Shown here: piece by piece, positions 36,487 through 46,995 of the stretch
How the letters are laid out: each line of letters starts with the position of its first letter
Numbering within the stretch: position 1 is the first letter of the stretch
Origin: a virus
Taxonomy: Duplodnaviria; Heunggongvirae; Uroviricota; Caudoviricetes
Length of the DNA stretch: 64,000 nt
Virus record (IMG/VR): IMGVR_UViG_3300023371_000080
Reading direction: 5' to 3' (one strand)
Translations under genes and position numbers: made by a program
The notes under the pieces: model-generated
The model's input: only the letters and a program-made list of their open reading frames with translations
Database searches by the model: none
What the model was told of the DNA's origin: nothing

Positions 36487-36563
36487 TGCGGAGTGGAGCA
36501 GTTGGTAGCTCGTCAGCCTCATAAGCTGAAGGTCGTGGGTTCAAGTCCCACCTTTCGCAACCA
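36487..36563 (+). tRNA. tRNA-Met(CAT), initiator-like body
   Basis: GGAGCAGTTGGTAGCTCG D-arm typical of fMet; anticodon stem lacks three G:C pairs; CCA. Confidence 0.85.
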
Positions 36564-36567
36564 TTAT

Positions 36568-36643
36568 GATTCGCTGGTCTAATGCATACGATGTCGGTCT
36601 TCGAAACCGAAAGATGGGGGTTGGAATCCCTCGCGAATCACCA
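36568..36643 (+). tRNA. tRNA-Arg(TCG)
   Basis: GATTCGC/GCGAATC acceptor; TCGGT-CT-TCG-AA-ACCGA arm; weak D-arm; CCA. Confidence 0.8.
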
Positions 36644-36674
36644 CTTAAAATTTAAAAAGAAAAGGAGAAGAATT

Positions 36675-37001
36675 ATGACTATTACACGCGAAGAAGTGAT
36701 CAGAAAGCTGTCAAAAAAGAGCGGCTATCAGATTCAGCACATAAGAGAAGTACTTCATTGTATGGACGAAGTTGTTTTCGAAGAACTATGCGGAGTAACT
36801 CCCGATGAGGAAGTTGCTATACAGATTGTTCAGGGTGTGAAGTTAGAGTGTGTTCCTGTTGCGGCAAGAATGGGAAAGAATCCCGCTAGCCAGGAAGATA
36901 TAGAATGCTCTGCAACTTGTAAGGTTAAGGCAAGAATATCTCGGGACATGAAGGAAAAGCTTCAAGCTCATTACGAGAGCACATATAATAAGAACGGTTA
37001 A
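36675..37001 (+). CDS. HU/IHF-like DNA-binding protein
   Basis: TREEVIRKLSKKSG...ARMGKNPASQEDIE..A..KVKARIS..MKE pattern. Confidence 0.8.
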   Translation: MTITREEVIRKLSKKSGYQIQHIREVLHCMDEVVFEELCGVTPDEEVAIQIVQGVKLECVPVAARMGKNPASQEDIECSATCKVKARISRDMKEKLQAHYESTYNKNG

Positions 37002-37017
37002 TGCCGTTCTTTTTTTA
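36990..37017 (+). terminator. Rho-independent terminator
   Basis: AAGAACGG-TTAATG-CCGTTCTT plus T-run. Confidence 0.85.
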
Positions 37018-37040
37018 TTAGAAGAAAGGAAAAGAGAATT

Positions 37041-38258
37041 ATGAATGATATTTTGAAGAAATTATCTGAAGAAAATGAAGATCAATATATATGGAAAGTT
37101 GGACAAGCTAAGGATGCGGGCTTGATTGATTCCACTTGGGAGGAGCTTACTCCAAGACTTAATACCGAACTTGGTATTGATGAAACTGAATGGAGAGGAT
37201 CTTCTGCGTTCAGAAAGGCTTATAGATGGATGCAGAGAGCTTACGACAACGTTTTTAGACAAAATGGTTTTATTGGCGTTCAGGGCGATGAACTTGATGT
37301 AAAGAAGCGTGAAGTTGAAAAGGCGACCATTAAACTTAGAACCGAAAAGCTTGAGTACAATAAGTGGCTTCGTGAAGAAGCAAGGGACGAGATGATTTGT
37401 GAGAAGATTTGTAGTGAAATTAAAGCAAATAATTCTTTGGTTGCACCCGATCCTATTATTGTAGATAAGCCGAGTCGTAGCGCAGTATTGGCTTTCGGAG
37501 ACGAACATTACGCTACAGAGTTTACTATTTATGGTCTTTATGGAGAAATTCTTAATTCATATAGTCCCGAAATTTTCGAGCAGAGAATGTGGGAATTATT
37601 TTATCAGACGGTCGAGATTATACAAAAGGAAGATTTGACAACACTCTATGTGTTTGCTCTCGGCGACTTTACCGATGGAATTTTGCGCTGCAGTCAGTTA
37701 ATGAAATTAAGATATGGTGTTATTGAAGGCACCGTTAGATATGCAAATTTCATTGCTCATTGGCTTAATGAACTGACTAGATATGTCAAGGTAAAGTATC
37801 AGATGGTATATGGAAATCATTCAGAACTTCGTATGCTGGGCCAACCCAAGGGTACTTTCAAGGAAGAAAATACAGGAATGTTTGTCAGAGAAATGATTAG
37901 GACATATCTTGAAAACAATCCTAATTTCGAGATGACCATTAACCCTACTGGGTTGATTTTTGATAATATTGAAGGTCTTAATGTTTTAGGTATCCATGGT
38001 GAGGTTAAGAATATGGAAAATGCAATTAAGGATTTCTCTAACACATATAATACCAACATTCAAATTCTCCTTGGTGGGCATATGCACCATTATAAGGCAG
38101 AGACCGTTGGTGTCAATAAAGATGTTATTAATGTACCTAGTATTATAGGCATTGATGATTATTCAATGAGTTTGAATAAAACTTCCAATCCTGGTGCAGT
38201 TTTATTCTGCATTGAGGAAAACAAGGGTGTAACCCTTGAATATAAAATTAAACTTTAA
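37041..38258 (+). CDS. Metallophosphoesterase, YonJ-like
   Basis: GDEH, LGD, GNH, HG, GHMHH motifs; synteny. Confidence 0.8.
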   Translation: MNDILKKLSEENEDQYIWKVGQAKDAGLIDSTWEELTPRLNTELGIDETEWRGSSAFRKAYRWMQRAYDNVFRQNGFIGVQGDELDVKKREVEKATIKLRTEKLEYNKWLREEARDEMICEKICSEIKANNSLVAPDPIIVDKPSRSAVLAFGDEHYATEFTIYGLYGEILNSYSPEIFEQRMWELFYQTVEIIQKEDLTTLYVFALGDFTDGILRCSQLMKLRYGVIEGTVRYANFIAHWLNELTRYVKVKYQMVYGNHSELRMLGQPKGTFKEENTGMFVREMIRTYLENNPNFEMTINPTGLIFDNIEGLNVLGIHGEVKNMENAIKDFSNTYNTNIQILLGGHMHHYKAETVGVNKDVINVPSIIGIDDYSMSLNKTSNPGAVLFCIEENKGVTLEYKIKL

Positions 38259-38285
38259 AATGATTTAGAAAGAAGGAATAGAGTT

Positions 38286-38546
38286 ATGATTGATAAGAAA
38301 GACACAAGAAAGAGTCGTCTTATTTTTGATGCTAAGATAGCAAGAAAGCTTCTTAAGCAGGGTTTTGTCGTTGTTGATATTAAACCCAATAGAGAAAATA
38401 CAGATAAGAGTATTTTTATTTTTGAGAATACAGATGAATTTAAGGTGGCTCTTGAAAAGCTTATGGATGAGCTTAAAGCAAAGAAGGAAGCTGAAGTCGA
38501 AATTGAATTCGAGTGCGAAATTGAAGTCGAGATCGACGCTGATTAA
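38286..38546 (+). CDS. Small hypothetical protein (DUF5659-like)
   Basis: IARKLLKQGF.VVDIKPNREN...IFIFE. Confidence 0.6.
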   Translation: MIDKKDTRKSRLIFDAKIARKLLKQGFVVVDIKPNRENTDKSIFIFENTDEFKVALEKLMDELKAKKEAEVEIEFECEIEVEIDAD

Positions 38547-38580
38547 TTGCTCCTAAAATTTATAGAAAGGAGTGATGTCT

Positions 38581-39774
38581 ATGGCAGGTAAAGCTATGGG
38601 GAAAACCTCAGCTAAAAAGGCAATGACCACAACTGCTCAAAAAGCGGCAGAAGATAAGGAAGAGTATTTATGCTATTGTTGTGGCGAAAAAAAGAAAAAA
38701 ACTTCGTTTTACACTTCGTCAGATCCATTTAATGGCGTGGGTGTCAATCCTTTTTGTAAGTTGTGTATTGAGAAAATTGCTAGAAACTATAATGAAAGAA
38801 GCGGACAGTATGGTGAGGTTACCAAGGCATCGTTGTGTGATGCACTTGAAAGAATGGATTTGCCGTATAAAGAAAATTTATGGGATTCATCTTACAATGA
38901 GGTTCATGATCCAACTTTAAAACAGCCCAAAACTAACGTGTGGTCGGCATATATTAAAAATGTTAAGTTACCACAGTATAGCGGGGAACGTTGGAGAGAT
39001 GGAGACTTGTTTAAGGATGGAGCAAAAGTTCAGAGTGATACAGAGGACAAAATTGCATCTACTATGACCTCTGAAGTTTTAGATGAGTGCAAAACAAACA
39101 AACGAGATTTAATTCGTCTTATTGGGTATGATCCTTTTGCTAACTATCCTATAGAACAAGACCTTCCCGTGTTATATGCACAAATAATTAGTTTTATTGA
39201 TGAAGAAACTAAGAATGATGGCATGAAGATGAATGCTATTATTCAGATTGTTCAAGCATTTAATCAGATACAGAAGCTAAACGACGCCATTAATGAATTA
39301 CTGGCGGACACAAAAAAGTTAAATAGCAACAATGGTACTATTAAGCAACATTCTGATACAATATCAAAATTGCTTAGCGGTGCAAATGCTCTTGCTAAGG
39401 ATAATGGAATTTCTGTAAACTTCAACAATAGTAAGTCTAAGGGACAAAATACCCTTACTGGCAAAATGAAAGAACTAGACTTAATCGGTTTCAGAGATGC
39501 AAAAATTAATATGTATGATATTGATTATTGCGAGGGTATGAGACAGGTTGCAGAAATTAGCGCTAAGTCACAAATAGACCAAATTGGTTTTGACGAAAAT
39601 ACAATGAATACAATTAACAATATTAGACGCGAGTTGGTTGATGAACTTCAAAAGAAGTTAGATAAGGCTAACGAGCGCGCCAGATTGTTGCTTGTAGAAA
39701 ACAAAGATTTAAAAGAGTTTTTAAAAGAAAAGGGGTTAATTGATGAGTTTGGGCAGGTGATTGACAATGAGTGA
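38581..39774 (+). CDS. Zn-finger protein upstream of terminase (terminase small subunit candidate, YonG-like)
   Basis: CYCCG...FY...CKLC; position. Confidence 0.55.
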   Translation: MAGKAMGKTSAKKAMTTTAQKAAEDKEEYLCYCCGEKKKKTSFYTSSDPFNGVGVNPFCKLCIEKIARNYNERSGQYGEVTKASLCDALERMDLPYKENLWDSSYNEVHDPTLKQPKTNVWSAYIKNVKLPQYSGERWRDGDLFKDGAKVQSDTEDKIASTMTSEVLDECKTNKRDLIRLIGYDPFANYPIEQDLPVLYAQIISFIDEETKNDGMKMNAIIQIVQAFNQIQKLNDAINELLADTKKLNSNNGTIKQHSDTISKLLSGANALAKDNGISVNFNNSKSKGQNTLTGKMKELDLIGFRDAKINMYDIDYCEGMRQVAEISAKSQIDQIGFDENTMNTINNIRRELVDELQKKLDKANERARLLLVENKDLKEFLKEKGLIDEFGQVIDNE

Positions 39775-41812
39775 TGTCATTTTGACTGAACGACAAATAT
39801 TAGAAAACTGTATTGAAGATTGTTTCGAAGGGTTTAAGGATTTGTGCGATGAACTCGAATACACTCTTGGAGAGTACGGAATATTTGTTAAGCCAAACTT
39901 ATACAATATGACCACTAAAAGATATAGAGAAAAAGTAGATTTGGCAGAATTTCTTCAATGGGGACGCAGAAATCCATCTCGTTTTATTGAAGAAGTTTTT
40001 AACGTACAGTTAATGGACTATCAGAGATATTTGATTGATAGTTCTTGGAACAAACCGTTTGTTGTGTGGGCTATGTCAAGAAATGGGGGTAAGTCCCTAC
40101 TTGCGGCTTTGTTTATTATGGCAAAAATGCTTTTAATCCCTGGATTTAAAGCATATATTCTTGCGGGAGTTGGTTCTCAGTCTATTGAGTTGTTTACCAA
40201 GATGGAACAATTTGCGATGAAAAATATATCGTCCTTTACAAATTTAAACGATGTTTTTCAGAGCAATGTTGTTAAGTCTCAGGCAAATTCAACTGGATGG
40301 GTACACAATCCTGCATCTTATACTGTAAGAACTTATGGTGGTTCTCAGGTGTTTACATTGAACGGCGCTTTCGACAACAATAGATCGAAACGTTCGAATT
40401 TAAATGTATATGATGAGGCAATGAATGCAGCAGATGAGCTGTTCCATACATCCGAACCTTTTACCACTCAGAACTCAGAGTTTAAGATGGGTAAGGATTT
40501 TAATGCAGATGACGTGCTGGCAGAGCCTACTCCGTTCCCTAACCAATTACTATATTGTTCTTCTGCGGGACGCACGGACCAATACTTCTTTAAGAAGTAT
40601 AAAGAATTTTCTCTTCGTATGTTTGCTGGAGACAAGAGATATTTCTGTGCAGACATTTCTTGCGATGTCATTATTAATGCTACTGTACATAACAAATTGT
40701 GGCCAGTTCCGTTGTTAACGCAAGAAAAAGTTGACCAAGCTATGCGTGAGGATAAAGAAGCCGCTATGCGTGAGTATAGAAATATCTTTACTTCTGAAGG
40801 CGGCGAAGGTCAGATTATTAAGAGGGCAGATATTATTAGGAATTCTGTTACGAGACCCCCGAAACTTAGAAATGAGGACGGTAATAGCCTGTGGGGGCTT
40901 ATGTATGACCCTGCTCGTTCAAAAGACAACTCTGTAATTTTTATTCCAGAATATTATAAAGACCCTGTAGTTGGTTGGAAGATGAGAGTTCAAAACGTTG
41001 TAAATCTTATTAATTTAGAGAAACGTAATAAAACTCCTATGACAACTCCGAACCAAATCAAGGAGTTTAAAAGACTACTTTTGGCGTATAACGGCGAAGG
41101 AAAAGCAGACTATGAAAATATTCTTAGTATGTGCGTCGATGCAGGTTCTGGTGGTGCAGGTGTTAATATTTGTGACTTTTTATGGGAAGATTGGGAAGAC
41201 GATGATGGTAATATACATCGAGGATTGATAGACAAAGATTATAGCCCAGATGAAGTTGGGTTATATCCAAATGCGATTAAAGACAAATTGCATTTAATTC
41301 AACCTTCTAAATATAAAGTCGAAATGTTTACGGCGCTTATCGAGATGACTAATATGAATCTTATAGAATGGCCTAGCGAATATGATAATCGTGGATATAT
41401 CGTATTGATGTATGACCTTAATACTAAAACAGGCGTTAAGACTTTGAGATATACAGAACCGACGGAAAAAGAAGTTAAAGAATTGGCAAAGCAAGGAATT
41501 GAAATTATAAGAGAACAATATCATTTGGACCCAGATGAGGAGATTGCATTGAAACAAATCGATGCTATGAAAAACGAACTAGTTAACATATATAAATTCA
41601 AACAGTCCAACGGTAATGTTAGATATGATTTGGCTCCCGATAAAGTTGGTAAACTCAACGATGACCGTGCTTATGTTATGGCAATGGCCGCTTGGGTATT
41701 ACAACAACTTCGTCGTGAAAGCCTGGTAACTAGAAAGAAACCAGATCATAAAACAATACTTGATAAATTGGTAGTTTCTAATGGAAAACACATTGACAAA
41801 ATTTTCGGATAG
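39767..41812 (+). CDS. terL: Terminase large subunit
   Basis: Walker A SRNGGKS, Walker B VYDEA, SSA coupling motif, nuclease YDPA...DDR. Confidence 0.9.
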   Translation: MSDVILTERQILENCIEDCFEGFKDLCDELEYTLGEYGIFVKPNLYNMTTKRYREKVDLAEFLQWGRRNPSRFIEEVFNVQLMDYQRYLIDSSWNKPFVVWAMSRNGGKSLLAALFIMAKMLLIPGFKAYILAGVGSQSIELFTKMEQFAMKNISSFTNLNDVFQSNVVKSQANSTGWVHNPASYTVRTYGGSQVFTLNGAFDNNRSKRSNLNVYDEAMNAADELFHTSEPFTTQNSEFKMGKDFNADDVLAEPTPFPNQLLYCSSAGRTDQYFFKKYKEFSLRMFAGDKRYFCADISCDVIINATVHNKLWPVPLLTQEKVDQAMREDKEAAMREYRNIFTSEGGEGQIIKRADIIRNSVTRPPKLRNEDGNSLWGLMYDPARSKDNSVIFIPEYYKDPVVGWKMRVQNVVNLINLEKRNKTPMTTPNQIKEFKRLLLAYNGEGKADYENILSMCVDAGSGGAGVNICDFLWEDWEDDDGNIHRGLIDKDYSPDEVGLYPNAIKDKLHLIQPSKYKVEMFTALIEMTNMNLIEWPSEYDNRGYIVLMYDLNTKTGVKTLRYTEPTEKEVKELAKQGIEIIREQYHLDPDEEIALKQIDAMKNELVNIYKFKQSNGNVRYDLAPDKVGKLNDDRAYVMAMAAWVLQQLRRESLVTRKKPDHKTILDKLVVSNGKHIDKIFG

Positions 41813-41830
41813 AAAGGATGGTGAGGTGCC

Positions 41831-43342
41831 GTGGAAACTAAAGAACAAATTGCAAAATTGCAAGAAGATGAAAGAAAACAACAAATCAAGCAGTTCGCCA
41901 CCGAATTGAAGAACGTTTTACAATTGTTTAATCCTGAAAAGATTCCGAATAGAACAACCACAACCTATAGTAGAGAAACGCTCAGATCATATTTGAGAAA
42001 TCCTGCGACTGAGGCAAACAACAATAACCTGAGAAAACTTAGTAATTATCTTTACACAATTTCTCATGTGTATCGCCGTATGATTAGATTTAAGGCACAT
42101 CAGATGAATTGCAAAGTTTGGAGTGCCTATCCTATTGTTAGTATGATCGAGGAGAATGATAGAGAGTCTATTCTTAAAGAATATGAGCGCGTTGTTAAGA
42201 TTGTTGCTAATATGAACATGGAGTCTCAGATACTTAAGATGAACCTTTTGGCGTGGAAGCACGGTGTGTCATATGGTTTTTGTTATGGTGATCCAGAGGG
42301 TGAGGGTAGTTTTTATATTCATCCATTAGATCCAGACCGTTGCAAGATATCGTGTGCTTCATTTGATAATGGTGTAATAGGATTTCTATTTGATATGTCA
42401 TATTTTAGAGGTAATGAAGACCAGTTAGAATATTATGATGACATATTTACTAGTCTTTATAATGAATATCAAAGAGACAATATTAAGTGGAAGCAGCTTC
42501 CTATTGAAAAAACTTTCTGTACCAAAGTTGATCCTGATAATCTGGATTATTCTATCCCGCCTCTTTCTGGTTTGATGGAGCAGGTAATTTCTGTAACCGA
42601 CCTTCAGGCTGCTCAGGATGAGATAGATAGTCTTTCAAACTATAAAATGGTTTGGGGTAAACTTGATACTATTAGTGGATCTAAGAATCCCGATGACTTT
42701 ACGGTTGACTTAGATTTGGCGTTGTCGTTTATGAGAAAGATCAATGATGCACTGCCAGAGAACGTGGCTTATGCATTATCTCCACTAGAGTTGGATGTAA
42801 TTGATTTCAAGACGAATGATGCCAGCGATATTAATGTACTTAGCAAGGCTTATAGTAACCTTATTGAAGCTAATGGCTCTATCATCTTGAATTCTAATAA
42901 GATTACGAATAGCCAATCGTTTAAGTTAGCTCTTAAGGCTGAGTGTGAGGATGCTATGAGTATGACTCCGCAGTTGAATGCGTGGTTGAAATTCTATTTG
43001 AAGTACAACTATAATGTTGAGACTGTTGCGGTTGAATTTTCTGATGTTTCGCCCTACTTTATGGATGACGAAATTGAGAAGATGACAAAATTAGCTGGCT
43101 TGGGTCTTCCTGTTAAGACGAAGCTTGCGGCAATGGCTGGATCTAATCCTCAAGAGAGTTTTGGTATGGATTTCCTTGAGAGAGAACTTCTTGGTCTTGG
43201 TACGGAGCGTTGGACTAATCCTCTTGTATCTTCTAACACTCAAAGTGGTGTAGGAAGTGAGGGCGGAGCTCCTGAAAAATCCGAAGGTGACCTCAGCGAC
43301 GAGGGACTTGAAGACAGAGACCAAAATAAGAATGATAATTAA
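41831..43342 (+). CDS. Portal protein
   Basis: 503 aa directly after terminase; LR.LS.YLY, C-terminal PL.SS.TQSG..GGAP typical of SPbeta-like portals. Confidence 0.8.
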   Translation: METKEQIAKLQEDERKQQIKQFATELKNVLQLFNPEKIPNRTTTTYSRETLRSYLRNPATEANNNNLRKLSNYLYTISHVYRRMIRFKAHQMNCKVWSAYPIVSMIEENDRESILKEYERVVKIVANMNMESQILKMNLLAWKHGVSYGFCYGDPEGEGSFYIHPLDPDRCKISCASFDNGVIGFLFDMSYFRGNEDQLEYYDDIFTSLYNEYQRDNIKWKQLPIEKTFCTKVDPDNLDYSIPPLSGLMEQVISVTDLQAAQDEIDSLSNYKMVWGKLDTISGSKNPDDFTVDLDLALSFMRKINDALPENVAYALSPLELDVIDFKTNDASDINVLSKAYSNLIEANGSIILNSNKITNSQSFKLALKAECEDAMSMTPQLNAWLKFYLKYNYNVETVAVEFSDVSPYFMDDEIEKMTKLAGLGLPVKTKLAAMAGSNPQESFGMDFLERELLGLGTERWTNPLVSSNTQSGVGSEGGAPEKSEGDLSDEGLEDRDQNKNDN

Positions 43343-43356
43343 GGAGGCGTACCTTA

Positions 43357-43536
43357 ATGAAGAATTTTATTAAAACAACAGATGCAGAAACTGCAAATAA
43401 GTTGATTGCTTATGGGTTTAAACTTATTTCACATATTGGAAGCGTTTATACATTCTTAAATGAAGCTCCTCAGAATTTAACTTTTGATTCTGTGGACAAA
43501 TCAAAGATTGTATATGACAACAAGTTAAGTCTGTAA
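43357..43536 (+). CDS. Small hypothetical protein (59 aa)
   Basis: AAGGAGG RBS; MKNFIKTTD...; below cutoff. Confidence 0.7.
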   Translation: MKNFIKTTDAETANKLIAYGFKLISHIGSVYTFLNEAPQNLTFDSVDKSKIVYDNKLSL

Positions 43537-43577
43537 TCTCCTTTCGGAGTTACATATATAATTCTAAAGAAAGGAGG

Positions 43578-45257
43578 ATGATGCAGATGGCGAGAAAATT
43601 TTATACATTGGATGACCTTTATAATTTTTGTAAAGAGAACCGTTTTGAATTTTTTAGTGCAGAGAAATTTGGAGCGCCCCTAGTTGTACAGTCTTTGGGC
43701 ACATTTGAGGCCGATGATAAAAATACCGATGGTTTAATGTCTGTAAAACTTAAGTCTTGTCATACGGGTAAAAACAGAAATAGATCTGGAATTACTGATG
43801 ACAATATGAATAAATACAAGCACACTTTTAAGGGCAGACCTATTCTTGGTGCTATCTATAAGACAGATACTGGAGAGTATGAGTTCCGCGCCCACGATAT
43901 GAAGGTGATTGATGATGGTGAAGATATTGAATATATCGAGCAACCTATTGGTGTAATTTCACAGACCGAAGAACCTTATCTTGAATTTGATAAAGAGGAA
44001 GATAAGAACTATCTTATGGTAAGCGGAACCATTTTCTCTGATTATTCTAAGGCCGCTGAGATTCTTGAAAGACGTAGAACTTGCAAGTGTTCTGTGGAAA
44101 TTGCTGTTGAAGAACTTAGTTACAACTGTGATGAAGATTATTTGTCTATTGATAAATTTAGATTTTCGGGCGTAACTATTCTTGGTTACGAACAAGATGG
44201 CGTTACAGAAATTCAAGAAGGCATGAAAGGTAGTAAGATTACCATTGATGACTTTAGTGTTAAAAATAGTATGTTTTCTACCGATGGTCAAGATAAGTTG
44301 ATTGAAATACTTGAAAAGCTTAATACAACGCTTGAAAGTTTCAATAATAAAAATCAGAATTCAGAGAAAGGAGGAGAAAAAGTTATGAACAAGTTTGAAG
44401 AATTACTTGCTAAATATGGCAAGATTGCTGAAGAAGTAACTTTTGAGTACGAAAATCTCTCTGATGAAGAACTTGAAGTTGCTTTTAAGGAAGCGTTCGA
44501 AGAAGCCGAGGAAGAGACCGAGACCGTTGTTGAAGAGACAGTGGTTGAGGAGGAGGCTGAGGAAACTGTTGAGGAAGAGCCTGCCGAAGAGGTAGACGAG
44601 GAAGTTGAAGAGACTGAAGAAATTGTTGTCGAAGAATCTGTCGAGGAAGTTGTTGAACAGCCTGCAGAGAAGTTTGTGCTTCAATACGAACTGAGTCACG
44701 ACGACATTCGCTCTGCACTTTATAGTCTTTTGGCTGCAACCACGGATGATGGTTATTATTGCACTTGGATTCTTGAAGTATATGACGATAAGTTTATTTA
44801 CCAGGATTATATGGAAGGAAAATTCTATAGACAGGATTATTCCAAGGATGGTGAAAATGTTGCTCTTGGCGAGAACAAGGTTGAAGTATTCAATGAGTGG
44901 CTTTCCAAGGCAGAAAAGGATGCACTTGAGGCATTAAAGGAAGACTATGCTGCGCTTAGGGAGTTTAAGTCTAATACTGAGTCTGCTCAGTTACAGGCAC
45001 AGAAGGATGCAATCTTCGCAAGAGAAGAGTTCGCAGACATCGCAAATACTAAGGCGTTCAAGAAGCTCGTTGAGAATTCAAAGGATTATACTGTTGAAGA
45101 GTGCGAGCAGAGAGCAAAAGACATTCTTGATGACTGCAACAACTATGTAACAAGTTTTGCAGCAAAGGACGAAACTAAGAAGCCTAAGGTTCTTGGTTTT
45201 GCCGTAGACGTAAAGAAGGAAAAAAAGAAAAAGGCTTATGGCAAACTTTTTGATTGA
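43578..45257 (+). CDS. Prohead protease/scaffold (YonD-like)
   Basis: HTGKNRNRS, PILG, SVEI, F.GVTILG N-domain plus Glu-rich scaffold-like tail. Confidence 0.75.
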   Translation: MMQMARKFYTLDDLYNFCKENRFEFFSAEKFGAPLVVQSLGTFEADDKNTDGLMSVKLKSCHTGKNRNRSGITDDNMNKYKHTFKGRPILGAIYKTDTGEYEFRAHDMKVIDDGEDIEYIEQPIGVISQTEEPYLEFDKEEDKNYLMVSGTIFSDYSKAAEILERRRTCKCSVEIAVEELSYNCDEDYLSIDKFRFSGVTILGYEQDGVTEIQEGMKGSKITIDDFSVKNSMFSTDGQDKLIEILEKLNTTLESFNNKNQNSEKGGEKVMNKFEELLAKYGKIAEEVTFEYENLSDEELEVAFKEAFEEAEEETETVVEETVVEEEAEETVEEEPAEEVDEEVEETEEIVVEESVEEVVEQPAEKFVLQYELSHDDIRSALYSLLAATTDDGYYCTWILEVYDDKFIYQDYMEGKFYRQDYSKDGENVALGENKVEVFNEWLSKAEKDALEALKEDYAALREFKSNTESAQLQAQKDAIFAREEFADIANTKAFKKLVENSKDYTVEECEQRAKDILDDCNNYVTSFAAKDETKKPKVLGFAVDVKKEKKKKAYGKLFD

Positions 45258-45352
45258 TAAACACACATCAAAATGATTAAAATGAGAGCGTTTTAAAAGA
45301 AGCTCTTTTTAATATTAAAAACTAAAACATATTTAATTAGGAGGACAAAATT

Positions 45353-45826
45353 ATGGCACAGGATCTTATGAATAAGCACTGGGTCGCAGAAATTTCCAGA
45401 GTTTCTGCTGTTTATGGTACAGGTCATATCCTCTCTGGTGAGATGGATAAGGACAGAGACAACGGTGAGATTGTTACCGTTGGTGAGTACAAGGAAGGCG
45501 AGTACTACACCGTTAGTGGCTTCGCTGGCGAATTTGAGGCAAAGGTAATTGAGATTGTTAATCACCCTGGTCGCACTATGGTTAGATTTGAGCTTACCAA
45601 GGACTGCGATGGTTACTTCGTTCACAATCCCGAGACTATGCCCAACGATTTCCTGAAGGTATATCAGGATATCGCAAACTACTACAATGCAGAGGGCGAC
45701 AGAGCAAGAATGTACCCTATGTATAAGCACGATGTATTTACCGTATCCGTTGACGCATTTGGCGGCACTGCTCCTGAAATTGGCGCAACCGTTTCTTATG
45801 TTGACGGCACTGGCTACTCTGCGTAA
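45353..45826 (+). CDS. Head decoration/structural protein
   Basis: 157 aa between scaffold and capsid; high-expression codon use. Confidence 0.6.
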   Translation: MAQDLMNKHWVAEISRVSAVYGTGHILSGEMDKDRDNGEIVTVGEYKEGEYYTVSGFAGEFEAKVIEIVNHPGRTMVRFELTKDCDGYFVHNPETMPNDFLKVYQDIANYYNAEGDRARMYPMYKHDVFTVSVDAFGGTAPEIGATVSYVDGTGYSA

Positions 45827-45848
45827 TTAGTGAAAGGAGAGAATAATT

Positions 45849-46955
45849 ATGAAGAACTTAATGACTTTTAACACAACTGTTCAGAACGCTTTCGAGAACG
45901 ATAACGAGAATTTCGTTTGCTTCAGAGAGCTCCTTTCCGACGCTGCTCGCGGAGAGGTTAAGGAAGTTTCCGCTAAGGAAGCTAACAAGAAGATTGTTGA
46001 GAAGTTCAGAGCTGCTCTTGGTATCGAGCCCACTGACAGACCTCAGGCAATCAAGCGTGCAATCCGCGCTAACAAGGATCTCGTATTCACTCTTATCGAG
46101 GAAACTATCGAGGAAATGATTATTTCTGGCTGGATGGAGAATCCTTTCTTCATGCAGTTCGTTGAAACCAAGAACCTTGCTCTCGGAGACGAGAACGACT
46201 TCTATGTAGAAGATGATGCTATCCTTAGCGTATCTAAGGTTTCTGGTAATCACCACAATATGATTAGACAGAGACTTGCAGGAGGCAGACACTTCTCCGT
46301 AGCTGGTGAGTGGTTCGGCCTAAAGATCTATGCAGATTTTGAGCGTGTTCTTACTGGCGCTGAGGACTGGGCTGCTTTCGTTTCGAAGGTAGCTGAGGCT
46401 ATCAACCGTTATCTCTACGATGCTCTTTACGCTTCTCTTAGAGGCGCAAAGGACAGCCTTGGTGCAAACTGGGTTAAGTCTGGTGCACTTGAGACTGCTA
46501 ACAAGGCAACACTCGTAAAGCTTTGCCAGGACATCTCTATGGCAACTGGCTCTGAGGTTACTATCTTTGGTGCTCGTACTGCTCTCTCTTCTCTTACTGG
46601 CATGGCTGATGTAAACTGGGCTCCCGAGTCTGTTAAGAAGGAGTACTACGCAAACGGCGGCATCCTTGGCAACTGGGAAGGCTTCGCTTGCGCAGAAATC
46701 GGTCAGGGTCTTAAGAGAGGCGCTGGCATTAATAGTGCTTCTGTTGAGTATCAGCTTGATACCGATAGACTCTACATCATTCCTACTAGCGTAGCAAACA
46801 AGTTCATTAAGCTTGTTAACTACGGTGAGACTCAGGTTTCTCAGGTTACCGATAAGGATGTTAACAGAGATATGAGCTACGAATATGAAGTACTCTACAA
46901 GATGGGTATTAATGTTATTCTTAACACCGTCTTTGGAGTATGGGAGATTGTATAA
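45849..46955 (+). CDS. Major capsid protein
   Basis: 368 aa; position; strong codon bias. Confidence 0.8.
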   Translation: MKNLMTFNTTVQNAFENDNENFVCFRELLSDAARGEVKEVSAKEANKKIVEKFRAALGIEPTDRPQAIKRAIRANKDLVFTLIEETIEEMIISGWMENPFFMQFVETKNLALGDENDFYVEDDAILSVSKVSGNHHNMIRQRLAGGRHFSVAGEWFGLKIYADFERVLTGAEDWAAFVSKVAEAINRYLYDALYASLRGAKDSLGANWVKSGALETANKATLVKLCQDISMATGSEVTIFGARTALSSLTGMADVNWAPESVKKEYYANGGILGNWEGFACAEIGQGLKRGAGINSASVEYQLDTDRLYIIPTSVANKFIKLVNYGETQVSQVTDKDVNRDMSYEYEVLYKMGINVILNTVFGVWEIV

Positions 46956-46995
46956 TCTTTAATTAAACATATAGGACAAAAAGGAGAAATTTATT

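Noticed and set aside
35915..36674. Short ORFs over the tRNA cluster and the 36582 start for HU
   Set aside because: They overlap clear tRNA genes; the HU start is reassigned to 36675.
44490..44670. GAA/GAG-rich repetitive stretch
   Set aside because: Encodes the Glu-rich scaffold linker; ordinary.
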